Assembly: GCA_965208675.1 (NCBI GenBank)
Contig: OZ242351.1
Location: forward strand, 3,264,001 to 3,328,000
Length of the DNA: 64,000 nucleotides
Direction of reading: 5' to 3'
Origin: Candidatus Poribacteria bacterium
GTDB taxonomy: Bacteria > Poribacteria > WGA-4E > PCPOR2b
In this document: positions 1-9,156 of the stretch, piece by piece
Layout: every line of letters begins with the position of its first letter
Numbering within the stretch: the stretch's first letter is position 1
Notes under the pieces: generated by a model
The model's input: only the letters and a program-made list of their open reading frames with translations
Told to the model about the DNA's origin: nothing
The model's database searches: none
Translations under genes and position numbers: made by a program

Positions 1-1188
1 CGCAACAGGTTGACGCATCAGCGCGGTTTCGCTGACGGGACCCCAAATTGTCAGCTTAACAGGATGTTCAACCGCCGCGCCGCCTTTAACCCGAATGGTT
101 TCGTTCACAACCTCAAAGCTTTTCCAGCCGCCAGGTGTCATATACTCTTCCGGATTTTCGGGGTTTGATTCTAAGCCGACAAGATCAAGAAAATCGCCGC
201 TGATGTTTGTGAATCCCCACGCCACATGCCCGTTAGAACCGGCAACCACGCCGGGGACGCCCGGCATAGCCACGCCCGACATTTCAACATCACCATAGCG
301 AAGTGCGGCGCGGTACCAGATGTTTGGAACGCTAAGCCCCAGATGCATATCGTTGGCAACCATGGCGCGTCCGTCGCTCGTCTTCGACTTTGCGGCAGCC
401 CAGTTGTTCGATCCGACACGCGGCTGTATCTGAACCAACCCTGCGCTTTTGCCGGTCGGCGCGGATTCGCCGCGGACTGAAGCCAGCGCTTCAATAGGAA
501 TCGGTCGGATGGGGCGATGAGAGTGCTTCCCGCCCAATAAAACAGTCGTATAGCCGTCTGTATCAGGGGTCAGAAAATCCACAACCTCTGGCGGAAGCGA
601 TGCCGCCATGACGCTCAACATCCTTTCATCTTCCTCGCTATGCCGGGTTAAATCCTGAAATATATTCAGCATCACCAGGATGCTGTCTTCGACTGTCCAG
701 GGCTCGGGTCGATAACGCAGGACAAGAAATTCAAAAGGCAGGACTTTTGCCGCATTGATATAGGCATTTATGCCTGAAGCGTAGCTGCGGAGTATCTCTT
801 TTTGGTCTTCCGGGAGATTGGCGGCGATGGCTTTCGCCGCACGCGCAAAACCGATGGTGCGTTGACTTCTATCGAAACCCAACGCCCCTTTGCCGAGGAT
901 TTCGCTCAGCCTTCCGGCAGCGCGCCGGCGTAGGATATCAATTTGCCAGAGGCGGTCTCGGGCGGTTATATATCCCAATGCCAGCGTAGCATCCAGACGT
1001 GATTGAGCGGCAATTGTTGGTATGCCGTATCGATCCGAAGTAATCTTGACCGATGATTCCAAACCCGGCACTCGCGCCTCGCCATCAAGCTTCGGCAGCG
1101 ACGCACGAATTAAAACTAGGACAAAGATTGCGCCGCCGACGGCGATAACGAGTAACAATAAAACAACCGTAAAAATGATTCGGAGCAT
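1..1188 (-). CDS. Penicillin acylase family (Ntn-hydrolase) protein, 3' end outside window
   Basis: Manual translation from ATG 1188: N-terminal TM (MLRIIFTVVLLLLVIAVGG), DRYGIPTI, ARDRLWQID..RR.AAGRLSE, nucleophile motif GSNNW, ANDMHLGLSVPNIWY, GSNGHVAWGFTN. Confidence 0.92.
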   Translation of the reverse strand, partial: MLRIIFTVVLLLLVIAVGGAIFVLVLIRASLPKLDGEARVPGLESSVKITSDRYGIPTIAAQSRLDATLALGYITARDRLWQIDILRRRAAGRLSEILGKGALGFDRSQRTIGFARAAKAIAANLPEDQKEILRSYASGINAYINAAKVLPFEFLVLRYRPEPWTVEDSILVMLNIFQDLTRHSEEDERMLSVMAASLPPEVVDFLTPDTDGYTTVLLGGKHSHRPIRPIPIEALASVRGESAPTGKSAGLVQIQPRVGSNNWAAAKSKTSDGRAMVANDMHLGLSVPNIWYRAALRYGDVEMSGVAMPGVPGVVAGSNGHVAWGFTNISGDFLDLVGLESNPENPEEYMTPGGWKSFEVVNETIRVKGGAAVEHPVKLTIWGPVSETALMRQPVA

Positions 1189-1806
1189 ATTTATGTTTCC
1201 ACAACGTCGGTTTGAAAATTCAGAGTCCGTCCACAAGAGAGCCCAATTTGAGATAACCGATAGATATTATTGCACAATCGAGGGGGATTTGGTAGGGAGA
1301 ATTGGAACGGTAACGCTGGCGACAATTCAATTATTGAAGGGAGTGAGACCGGTAGGTGTCTGCCCCTTTTTTGCCAGAGTAAAATCAGGAGGGAAAAGCA
1401 ATGTGAAATGGCCGGCTTCGGAGTGAATCAACATTGATGGTTACCTTTTTCGAAATGCACCGATCCGCTTGTGGTGCGGGTTCATTGGATTCGTGAGGTA
1501 ACCAAAAGGTAACCAAAAAAAAAAGATCTATAACTCTCGCTAATCGAGAAGCGGTTGATGCAATATCATTAGGTGGAGCGTTTGAAAATCGTAGCGTTTG
1601 TTGAAACGGCTATGGGAATTGCAAGGCTAGTTCAGGGGAAGTGTCCCAAACAGATTCACGTTTCAGGAGCCGAAAAGTATAGAGAGTATCTGAATGGAGA
1701 CATTGTCCTCAAACTTAATATTTATTCAGTAAATATGTATTTATATGGAAACTACACCAGCGTATGTACAAATGTAAGATTCACTATCTGGGGGACTGTT
1801 ATATTT

Positions 1807-2123
1807 GTAGGTTGAGTTGAGCGGAGATGGTGAATCGGAGGGAGTATTCTGAAAGGAATCCGTATGTTGAGATTGCTTGATGGGAGTTTATAATGAAGCG
1901 TAACCCAACGCATTTGAAACGTCTGGAAAACGAACCGGTTAATTCCAACCGCACAACAATCGAAACAATAAAAATCAACAGAAGGCATAAGGAGTCGTTT
2001 GGCGTTCGCAACGTCCTAACCCACGTGTTGAATTTCTGTTGTCCAGAGGTTTTAAAAGCGTTGGGTTACGCGGAAGACTATCGCCTTCGCTATCCGCTCA
2101 GTTGATCGCTCTACCCAACCTAC
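1807..2123. repeat. GTAG-type REP/REPIN-like composite element
   Basis: Ends GTAGGTTGAGTTGAGCG ... CGCTCTACCCAACCTAC are inverted; internal GCGTAACCCAAC / GTTGGGTTACGC inverted pair; contains the 30-bp module at 2078-2107. Confidence 0.75.
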
Positions 2124-2182
2124 AAGAACTTGAGGAGGTCTCGCAAACAAACCCACCTGCGTTACCAGTCAATGTTTTGGTT

Positions 2183-3325
2183 TCAAGTGTCGGACTCGAC
2201 AAATCGAGCTATTGCGTTTTTCTCCCACTCCTGATAGCTGTCCGGGTTGTTCCGAAACCTTTTCCAAGCACTATTCAGCAACTCGACTGGGGAAGTGAAG
2301 GTCGATTTCAGTTCATGCCCGGAAACCTCTGACTCATGAAACTCACGTGGTTCAGTTTCGGTGAGCATATCATCCAACTTCTGCTGAATTATTGGAAGAA
2401 ATGCTGGGGCGTAGAAGCCATAATAGTGGTTCTCGGCGATTCCTAATGCGGAAGCGATCTGGTTCCATTCGTCTTCTAAATCGGCAGCAACTGCGTTGGA
2501 ACCCATCTGTCGGACGCGGTCGGCAAGGAGTTGGATTCGTATCCAAGTAACTGGATGGCTTCTGTGTGCGAGTTTTTCCACGTGGTATTGATTTCGTCCC
2601 AGCATTCTAAGGTACATCGAAAAAGCGTGAGTGAACGCCGCACCACCTATCACAAACCCGACAGCGTCACAGAAGAATTCTTGTGCCCAAGTGTACCATG
2701 TTTCAACAATTATCGCTCGATTTGTCTCTAGGGCGTTTGTGTACCTGTCATTCCTAACCACGTCCGGGAGAAGCAGTCTTTTAATTTCTTCTTGTAACTC
2801 CCGGACTAAATCGTCCATCTCCTTTTGATGGCATCTGTAGAGCAAATGCCCAAATTCATGGAAGTAGAGGGGTAAGTTGAGTAATCCTTGCTGGGCAGCA
2901 CATGGTGTGAAGTAGATACTGGCACCGGTCAGCCAGATACTGAATTCCCCATCACAAACTGCAACTGGGATATTTTTTGTTTTCGGATGTGTTGCGTGTA
3001 ACCATAGCAATAATTTCAAGGAGAGCCGATCTGAATTGCGAGCTCGCAGGATTGGGCTAACATGGCGTTCGTTAAATACATAAAATTCTCGGGATACCTT
3101 TTGTGTCTCGCTTAAGATGTCTTCAAGAAGATCTTGCCGTTCGGTCTCAAGGTATTTAAGATTTTGAAGCACGCTACGGCTGAAATCCTCACAAATCTTG
3201 GTAACCCAAGCTGTATATCCCGTCAGTTCCTTTGGAATGTCATTGCCTGCCTGTCTTAAGCTGCGTTGTAGTTTCCGAATTTCATGGCGTAGAGCAACGT
3301 TGTTCTGTTGAAGGAGTTCTTGCAA
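2183..3325 (-). CDS. Putative zinc metallopeptidase (HEXXH zincin, M48/IrrE-like motif order)
   Basis: 380-aa ORF with HEFGH, downstream QEFFCDAVG (third ligand E..xD) and SHP....RI; TTG start directly after the upstream stop with AGGAGGT RBS 6 nt upstream. Confidence 0.7.
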   Translation of the reverse strand: MQELLQQNNVALRHEIRKLQRSLRQAGNDIPKELTGYTAWVTKICEDFSRSVLQNLKYLETERQDLLEDILSETQKVSREFYVFNERHVSPILRARNSDRLSLKLLLWLHATHPKTKNIPVAVCDGEFSIWLTGASIYFTPCAAQQGLLNLPLYFHEFGHLLYRCHQKEMDDLVRELQEEIKRLLLPDVVRNDRYTNALETNRAIIVETWYTWAQEFFCDAVGFVIGGAAFTHAFSMYLRMLGRNQYHVEKLAHRSHPVTWIRIQLLADRVRQMGSNAVAADLEDEWNQIASALGIAENHYYGFYAPAFLPIIQQKLDDMLTETEPREFHESEVSGHELKSTFTSPVELLNSAWKRFRNNPDSYQEWEKNAIARFVESDT

Positions 3326-3781
3326 CTAAATACCTCCTAAAAGCTGACTAACGTCACTTTCCAAATGTTCTTCAATGAGCGTTCGGAGTTCTGCCAAAAT
3401 GGAGAGAATCGCTTGTTTGTCTGCCTCTTCGTCAGAGTGCAAAATCTGCACCACTCCTGAAAGTTTATCTCGAAGCAATGGCGATTGGATTCTGTAGTTA
3501 CGTCTCGCTTCTATAAAATTTTCGACAAACTGCTGTCTGCGCTGATCTATGCCGAGCAGAGGTTGTTTTTCGATTTCAGCGTCTTGTACCTGACGTTCGA
3601 GTTCTTTGAAAAACGAACACAACTCATTTTTTGCTTTGGTGACCGCCTTTTCATCATTTAAATCAGAGTGTCCCTCAATTTCCAATTTGGTGTGAATTGA
3701 CAGGTTATTAACAGCAGAAAGCAGTTTCTGATTTTCGTGAAAACTTTGAACAGCTAATTCTTGAGGTTTCATGGTTTTCAT
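3326..3781 (-). CDS. Hypothetical all-helical protein, coupled to the downstream peptidase
   Basis: 151-aa ORF with amphipathic helical pattern; stop abuts the next start. Confidence 0.75.
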   Translation of the reverse strand: MKTMKPQELAVQSFHENQKLLSAVNNLSIHTKLEIEGHSDLNDEKAVTKAKNELCSFFKELERQVQDAEIEKQPLLGIDQRRQQFVENFIEARRNYRIQSPLLRDKLSGVVQILHSDEEADKQAILSILAELRTLIEEHLESDVSQLLGGI

Positions 3782-3877
3782 TCCTATATTATCTTCTCAA
3801 TGCTTTGGGTTACACCAAATCTGAAAAATAAAGTCGCATTTAGAGATTTTGAAACGCTATGAGGTTTCGGAGGGTTT

Positions 3878-3904
3878 GGGCGGGCGAGGGAACCTCGCCC
3901 CTAC
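3878..3904 (-). repeat. GTAG REP-like hairpin between Argonaute and the 151-aa gene
   Basis: Minus strand reads GTAG-GGGCGAGG-ttc-CCTCGCCC. Confidence 0.6.
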
Positions 3905-3951
3905 GCATCTGTTTTCGTTAATGAGAAGAAATCCTTCGGAAATGGTATTAC

Positions 3952-6237
3952 TTATCGAATCCGGCGAACTTGTTGTGAATCTCGACTCTTAAGTTCGTCA
4001 TCGGTCCGCTTGAGTTCAAGTGGGAGCTTTTGAGCAACTCTGGGATTGGAAAAATTGAGATGTGTAGACGCATAAATAGCTCTGGCTACACGAGTCATGT
4101 CGATGTTAGCACTTTGACCCTCGAGCATAACCGGATCAGCTGTCCCTTGATGTAAGGTCGGAGATCCAGTCGTAATAAGAACAACAGTGCGTTCATCTAT
4201 GCGAATAGCTTTGCCCTCAAGCCCTTGGTCAACTTTCTTTCTCTGGGTTCTCTTCCACAGGCGAATATTTTTCTGAGTGCTCTTACGGAAATCTACCACA
4301 TCTACCTCTACTCCTTCGACAAGAAGCCTATTGGTAACCAACGTCTCCACTGCTTCGTTGATACCTTCTAACTCACTACCGCATTCGCGCCCATCACGTA
4401 GAATGAGAACAGAACGGAGTGGTCGAAAGTCCCTCCATTCTGCAGCATCCTCAAAGAGTTTAACAATTTCTTTGCGTAAAGCAGTTTCATTAATTGTTTC
4501 AAGTCTATAGTCGAATTTTTGTTCAACAACTGTTCTGATGTGAAGATATGGATGGAGAATAAGAAGGGATAGTGCAAAATGCCGCCGCTCTCTCCCAACA
4601 TCGATTGCGAGGTGAGCATCATAGTCAGGCATATCTGTGAATCCCCAAAATACACAATCCATCTGCTGTAGCACATCCAAAGCAATCATTTCTGTAAATG
4701 AATTCCAACCCTTTTCGGCTTTAGAATGTTGGCTACTATGGTGCCCCTCATTCAATTTGAGCCTGTCAAACTTGTTTTTTAGTTCTCTGAAAGTGATTCG
4801 CTTAACCCGCCAGTTAGAGAGCTCATAGGCGACATTATAGTAGGTTTCCGGCGATTCATCATCAAAAACAAATACAACGATTCCAGGGTCGAAGTTATGG
4901 TTAAGTTCTGAGAAGACCTCATCCAGTTCATCGTACGTTACGAGTTGCGGTGTAATATGCTCTTTTGTCAATTGCTTTAAATGCTCGGTGATATCCATAA
5001 GGAGAGCCCCTCGCATCTCTTCCGCTGCCTTATTCGGTATGGCAAATTGAACGACCCTCTTCATCATCACAGGAACACCTAAGCAGCCGTTTTTGCGTAA
5101 TAAGGCGGATCGTTGATGATAGTGCCCTTGGAATTCCTTAGAATCTCGTCTCCGTGGTGCCGGCAGAATAGCCTCATTAGAGAATTGCAATCCTGGTGGT
5201 AAAAGGTTGATGATCTTCTCAGTGGGTGGTTGCCAGAAGTCCCGAGCGACATACGGCTTTCCAGGACCGAATAGGTCATTTCCGAGGTCTTTCCAAAAAT
5301 CACTAATAAGCCAAGCGCGCTTGTATGGAGCGAGCTTGTCAATCTGTTTGAGTGAACTCGGAAGTGCATCGTTCATCACCCGCGAACGAAGCAATTTTGC
5401 TGCAACAGGTTTTGGTTCGTCCATATCTTTGAAGGATACCATTACAACGCTGTCATTAGGATTTATCTTTAAATGAGGTCGCTTCTGTCGGTAGTATTCA
5501 AACAAGGAACCATACGTTTGCCCCTCGACAAACAGTGGACCAATAGTTTCACAGGTTTCCTCTTGTAAAGGTTTCTCAAAGTAGCATTTAATCTGGTTGT
5601 TTCCTAAGTCATACAGCAATGTTCCTTTTCTTCCATATTTGCGCTGACTTAGAGCCTCGAAATCCTCTTGCAAACGCTGCTGCTCATGGTTTAGGATGTC
5701 ACATCTAAAGACATCAGCTAATGTTTTGTGGGTAAAAAACGCCATACTAACGTCTACTGAAATCCCAACACCGATGTCTTCTATTGCAATTGCCGAAACT
5801 TTAAATTGCCTGTGAACATCAAAGCCTTCGACGGTTTTGCACGACTTGGTTTCTTGGAAGATACGTGTACCATCAACGGTCGGCATCTTTAAACGGCGTT
5901 TTATTTGAATTAGGGTGTGTCTTTCAATAAGTTGAGCGAGTAATGAAGCGTCATTTCCAGATTGTGAAAATTGGAGCCTTTGTTCTTTTCCACTGTCCTC
6001 CACTTCGATAATCCAATTTCCCTCTTCCACCTTTACGAAAGGAATTCGACCTCGTGTGAATACAAGAATCTGTTTTCGTATTGGACAATAAACAGCTGCC
6101 AGATTCCGACCCTCCAGTTTACTGCAAACCTTTTCCAGTATTTTGGGGGAGTAGTTCTGCGTTGTGATTCTAGCATATCTCGTCCGAAGATATAGGTTTT
6201 TTCCTGGCTCTACAATGCGAATATTAGTTTCAGTCAT
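3952..6237 (-). CDS. ago: Long prokaryotic Argonaute (N-PAZ-MID-PIWI), predicted catalytically intact
   Basis: 761 aa; PAZ-like SLFEYYRQK..KINPNDSVVMV; PIWI motifs LAIDVG (D), ETINE (E), LILRDGR (D), VVDFRKS, QGTADPV, HLNFSNPRVAQKLPLELKRTD (D). Confidence 0.9.
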   Translation of the reverse strand: MTETNIRIVEPGKNLYLRTRYARITTQNYSPKILEKVCSKLEGRNLAAVYCPIRKQILVFTRGRIPFVKVEEGNWIIEVEDSGKEQRLQFSQSGNDASLLAQLIERHTLIQIKRRLKMPTVDGTRIFQETKSCKTVEGFDVHRQFKVSAIAIEDIGVGISVDVSMAFFTHKTLADVFRCDILNHEQQRLQEDFEALSQRKYGRKGTLLYDLGNNQIKCYFEKPLQEETCETIGPLFVEGQTYGSLFEYYRQKRPHLKINPNDSVVMVSFKDMDEPKPVAAKLLRSRVMNDALPSSLKQIDKLAPYKRAWLISDFWKDLGNDLFGPGKPYVARDFWQPPTEKIINLLPPGLQFSNEAILPAPRRRDSKEFQGHYHQRSALLRKNGCLGVPVMMKRVVQFAIPNKAAEEMRGALLMDITEHLKQLTKEHITPQLVTYDELDEVFSELNHNFDPGIVVFVFDDESPETYYNVAYELSNWRVKRITFRELKNKFDRLKLNEGHHSSQHSKAEKGWNSFTEMIALDVLQQMDCVFWGFTDMPDYDAHLAIDVGRERRHFALSLLILHPYLHIRTVVEQKFDYRLETINETALRKEIVKLFEDAAEWRDFRPLRSVLILRDGRECGSELEGINEAVETLVTNRLLVEGVEVDVVDFRKSTQKNIRLWKRTQRKKVDQGLEGKAIRIDERTVVLITTGSPTLHQGTADPVMLEGQSANIDMTRVARAIYASTHLNFSNPRVAQKLPLELKRTDDELKSRDSQQVRRIR

Positions 6238-6243
6238 ATACAG

Positions 6244-7209
6244 TTACTCCTTTGGACAGACTTCTTGAAATTGACACAAAGCACATACCTTCGGTTGGGC
6301 ATAAGGGGTGAAAGCATCAGCAATCCACTGCTGCCCGAAGCGGTGCGCTGTCTGCATCTGTTCTAAATCTTGAAGAATTTTCGCTTTAGTTCGTTTTAGG
6401 TCCTTCTCAGTTACACTAAAAGTTGACACAATATCGTTAGCCAAATGGACCCGATGAAGCGTTATACGATCAATCGGGATTCCAAATTCCTGTTTCGCCA
6501 ACCATGCGTAAGCTAACATTTGCAGACTATCATCGCTGTTTCCTGCACTTCCGACTTTCCAATCAATTATTACAACTCTATCGTCTTCCCAATAGACAAG
6601 ATCTACTGTCCCTCTCAAAGTAAAACGGGATTCTTTCAAGCGCATAGGTTTCTCTATCTGTGTGGTGGTTTGGCATGCACTTTCACGAAACTGAGCAAAA
6701 TTTTGGCTCTGCACAAAGTTAGTCAATGCTGTAATAAGCCGTCTTCCCGCCTCGATGCAAACGGGTTCAGCATCCGGTAAATCGTAATAGAACTCTAATA
6801 ATGACGCAGGTGGATGATCTCCATCTGGAATCCTGTTTCCGCTTTCATATTCGCGAGAGTACACCAAATCCGCCCAGTACATCTTCCGAGCCCAACTCAG
6901 TAACCGGTCAAGTGACCATTGTTCGCCTTGCTGATTTTTTTTCAGATAAGTCCTAATAACCAAATGCAATAGATTTCCCGTTCTTAGGTGCCGGTTCTGG
7001 AGTTGTTTCAGAAATCGGAGCTTTTCCTTTTCCGGATCGTTGTTAGATTTCTTTAAACTGGGTCCGTAATACTGATAATAGTACTTTCGAGGACATTGTT
7101 CTAAAACGCCGCGGCGGGAGTAAGACCATTCCGAAAAAGTAGGATTTTCGGATTCAGGTATTCGCTCTGTTTTGCTTTTATGAAATAAAGCTAACTGTAT
7201 TGAAGACAT
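6244..7209 (-). CDS. PD-(D/E)XK nuclease, Cas4/AddB-like with four Fe-S cysteines
   Basis: SYS......CPRKYY, G..LH, RGTVDLV, IIDWK, QMLAY, C-terminal CALCQFQEVC; 6 bp upstream of ago. Confidence 0.9.
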   Translation of the reverse strand: MSSIQLALFHKSKTERIPESENPTFSEWSYSRRGVLEQCPRKYYYQYYGPSLKKSNNDPEKEKLRFLKQLQNRHLRTGNLLHLVIRTYLKKNQQGEQWSLDRLLSWARKMYWADLVYSREYESGNRIPDGDHPPASLLEFYYDLPDAEPVCIEAGRRLITALTNFVQSQNFAQFRESACQTTTQIEKPMRLKESRFTLRGTVDLVYWEDDRVVIIDWKVGSAGNSDDSLQMLAYAWLAKQEFGIPIDRITLHRVHLANDIVSTFSVTEKDLKRTKAKILQDLEQMQTAHRFGQQWIADAFTPYAQPKVCALCQFQEVCPKE

Positions 7210-7225
7210 GTATCATCTCACGCAT

Positions 7226-7570
7226 CTAACGCAGTTTCTTAAGCTGCTGTGTAAGTGTTTCCCACTCGTCATTTGTGAGTGTCATAGTTTGCGCTTCACG
7301 TAGGAATTGCTGTGCGATCGGGTTCTCACTAATAGCTTCCTTTACAGGAGTCGGCATCTTTCGCGTCATCGCTAAGAGTTTATCGGGTGGTATACCAAGT
7401 GTCTCACAGATTTTGACGATAGTATCCGCAGCAGGGGGCGGCATCCGATTGTTTTCAACCTTGCTGATATAAGAAAAATCCACACCAACCGCAGAAGCAA
7501 GTTCACGTTGAGTGATACCCTTACTCCGCCTTAGATTCTTGAGGGTCTGTCCGAAGGTTTTAGTTTCCAT
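7226..7570 (-). CDS. XRE-family HTH transcriptional regulator
   Basis: TFGQTLKNLRRSKGITQRELASAVGVDFSYISKVEN; ATG 7570 chosen because the TTG at 7588 overlaps the -10 box. Confidence 0.9.
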   Translation of the reverse strand: METKTFGQTLKNLRRSKGITQRELASAVGVDFSYISKVENNRMPPPAADTIVKICETLGIPPDKLLAMTRKMPTPVKEAISENPIAQQFLREAQTMTLTNDEWETLTQQLKKLR

Positions 7571-7587
7571 TGTTATCACCGCTAACA

Positions 7588-7617
7588 ATTATAGCATGAA
7601 GTTGAGTTGAATGTCAA
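7588..7617 (-). promoter_or_regulatory. Consensus sigma70 promoter for the HTH-nuclease-ago operon
   Basis: TTGACA-18 nt-TATAAT with extended -10 TG; spacer contains a TCAAC-TCAAC direct repeat. Confidence 0.75.
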
Positions 7618-7935
7618 CACAATTTACAAGACAAACTTGCCTTAATTTTACTTATTTTTGTGGTCTAAATTACCGTTGGCACTGCCCCGGACTGAATGGG
7701 CTTGATTCAATATCCACGTTTTTCACCTCCTTCACATTCCAGCCGCTGCAGTTGCCTCTGTAATGGTCGCAAGTTGGCTAATGCAAATCATTAACTTTGT
7801 CTTAGATTCATATGCTATCCGACCGCATTTTCTGATACGCGCTAAACCGAAACGTCTCCAGCAAACCACAACGAATAAACGCGAGCCCGCCGACGTTGAA
7901 ATGAATTGAGTACAGGTTTGCAAGTTCAAGCCAGT

Positions 7936-9123
7936 TTAAATGCTGAGATTTAGGAGGTGATACTTCGTCTTTGCAATTTCACCAGTGGTTGCGCTTTTTT
8001 CGATCGTTTCTTGAATTTTAGCTGTGTATTCTTTACTTAAGGTCGCAGTACGAATAGCTTCAATTTTTAGGGCTTCGTCCGCAATGGCGCCCGAATAGGT
8101 TTGCTCCGTAGTTCGAAATTGAAACGTCTTGTTTGGCAGGGATGCGCCTATCAAAGTACCAGTTTCCAAAAACGTCAACGGTTCTTCCTCTTCGAATTTT
8201 TTAAGAATTTCAATTGCCTTACGTATCTGATTTTTTGACAAGCCTGCTGTTCCGCCGCGTTCCGGATTCGGCGATACCCACGTAAATTGTGTGTCGGTTA
8301 CGGATTTGTTTAGGTGTTTCAGAAACTTGGCGTAACTGTTTGCAACTCTTAATCTGAGGTGCCCCAAGAGTTTTCTGAGTTCTTCTTGCTCGCTCCCAGC
8401 AGTAAGGAGATTCAGAAATTCATTTATCGCATTTCCCAATGAACTTTCGTAATGGATTTCGCTAAAAAGATTGGGAATCTGTGTTGCGCCGAGACGAACG
8501 TCGAACGATCCGGCACCCACGTCCAATAGTGACAGTTGCATTTCCCGCCTGATACCTCCAGTGAGATGTACCGACCTGTAGTAAACTGTTCCAATATTGT
8601 TGAGCACGGCTTGAAGCGATCGAAGAATATTGCTAAGCGGATTGAGTGGTGCTTCGGTCCTGAAAACCCCATCAAAATTCAACTTCAGGTTAAGTATTTC
8701 TCGATTTTCCGATTTCGCAATTTCCTCTGGATGGCTTAGCACAGGGAGGGTATCCGTTTTAAGATGGAGGCGTTCACCTGGAATCGGCAGCATGTCCGCA
8801 GGAATTTGATGGGCTGATATAGATTCAAATTGTGGCGTACCCTGATCGCCATATGGGACTATAGCCTGGATTAAACTACCATCTTCAGGATCTGCAAATG
8901 CCTCATGGAGGTCAATCGCTCCCGACCGAATGCGTTTTAGTCGTCCCTCAGAAATCCCCGCATACAGCCATTTGTCATGTTGGTCATTTTCATCAGCGGC
9001 AACAACAAGGTAAAGATGTCCAGCGGCGTTTCTGCAGGAAAAGAGAACTGGCTGGTCGTAGTATTCGAAGGTTTCTAAGATTTTCAGTTGTCCCAACATT
9101 GGGACATTGAGTAAATCATCCAT
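7936..9123 (-). CDS. DUF6575-like domain protein
   Basis: 395 aa; N-terminal FEYYDQPVLFSC...KWLY..IS..RL...G.IDL..AF recalled as DUF6575; mid GSF motif; beta-rich C-terminus. Confidence 0.6.
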   Translation of the reverse strand: MDDLLNVPMLGQLKILETFEYYDQPVLFSCRNAAGHLYLVVAADENDQHDKWLYAGISEGRLKRIRSGAIDLHEAFADPEDGSLIQAIVPYGDQGTPQFESISAHQIPADMLPIPGERLHLKTDTLPVLSHPEEIAKSENREILNLKLNFDGVFRTEAPLNPLSNILRSLQAVLNNIGTVYYRSVHLTGGIRREMQLSLLDVGAGSFDVRLGATQIPNLFSEIHYESSLGNAINEFLNLLTAGSEQEELRKLLGHLRLRVANSYAKFLKHLNKSVTDTQFTWVSPNPERGGTAGLSKNQIRKAIEILKKFEEEEPLTFLETGTLIGASLPNKTFQFRTTEQTYSGAIADEALKIEAIRTATLSKEYTAKIQETIEKSATTGEIAKTKYHLLNLSI

Positions 9124-9156
9124 TGTTTACCACCCTGTGAGACGATTGCTAGTCTT

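Noticed and set aside
95-1426. Short ORFs in the track here and similar antisense or nested ORFs throughout
   Set aside because: They overlap well-supported genes in other frames and have no motifs
3952-6237. pPIWI-RE or short pAgo
   Set aside because: The length, PAZ-like segment and full catalytic tetrad fit a long pAgo; no DinG helicase or APAZ partner
6244-7209. CRISPR-associated cas4
   Set aside because: No cas1/cas2 or array in the window; the gene is operonic with ago
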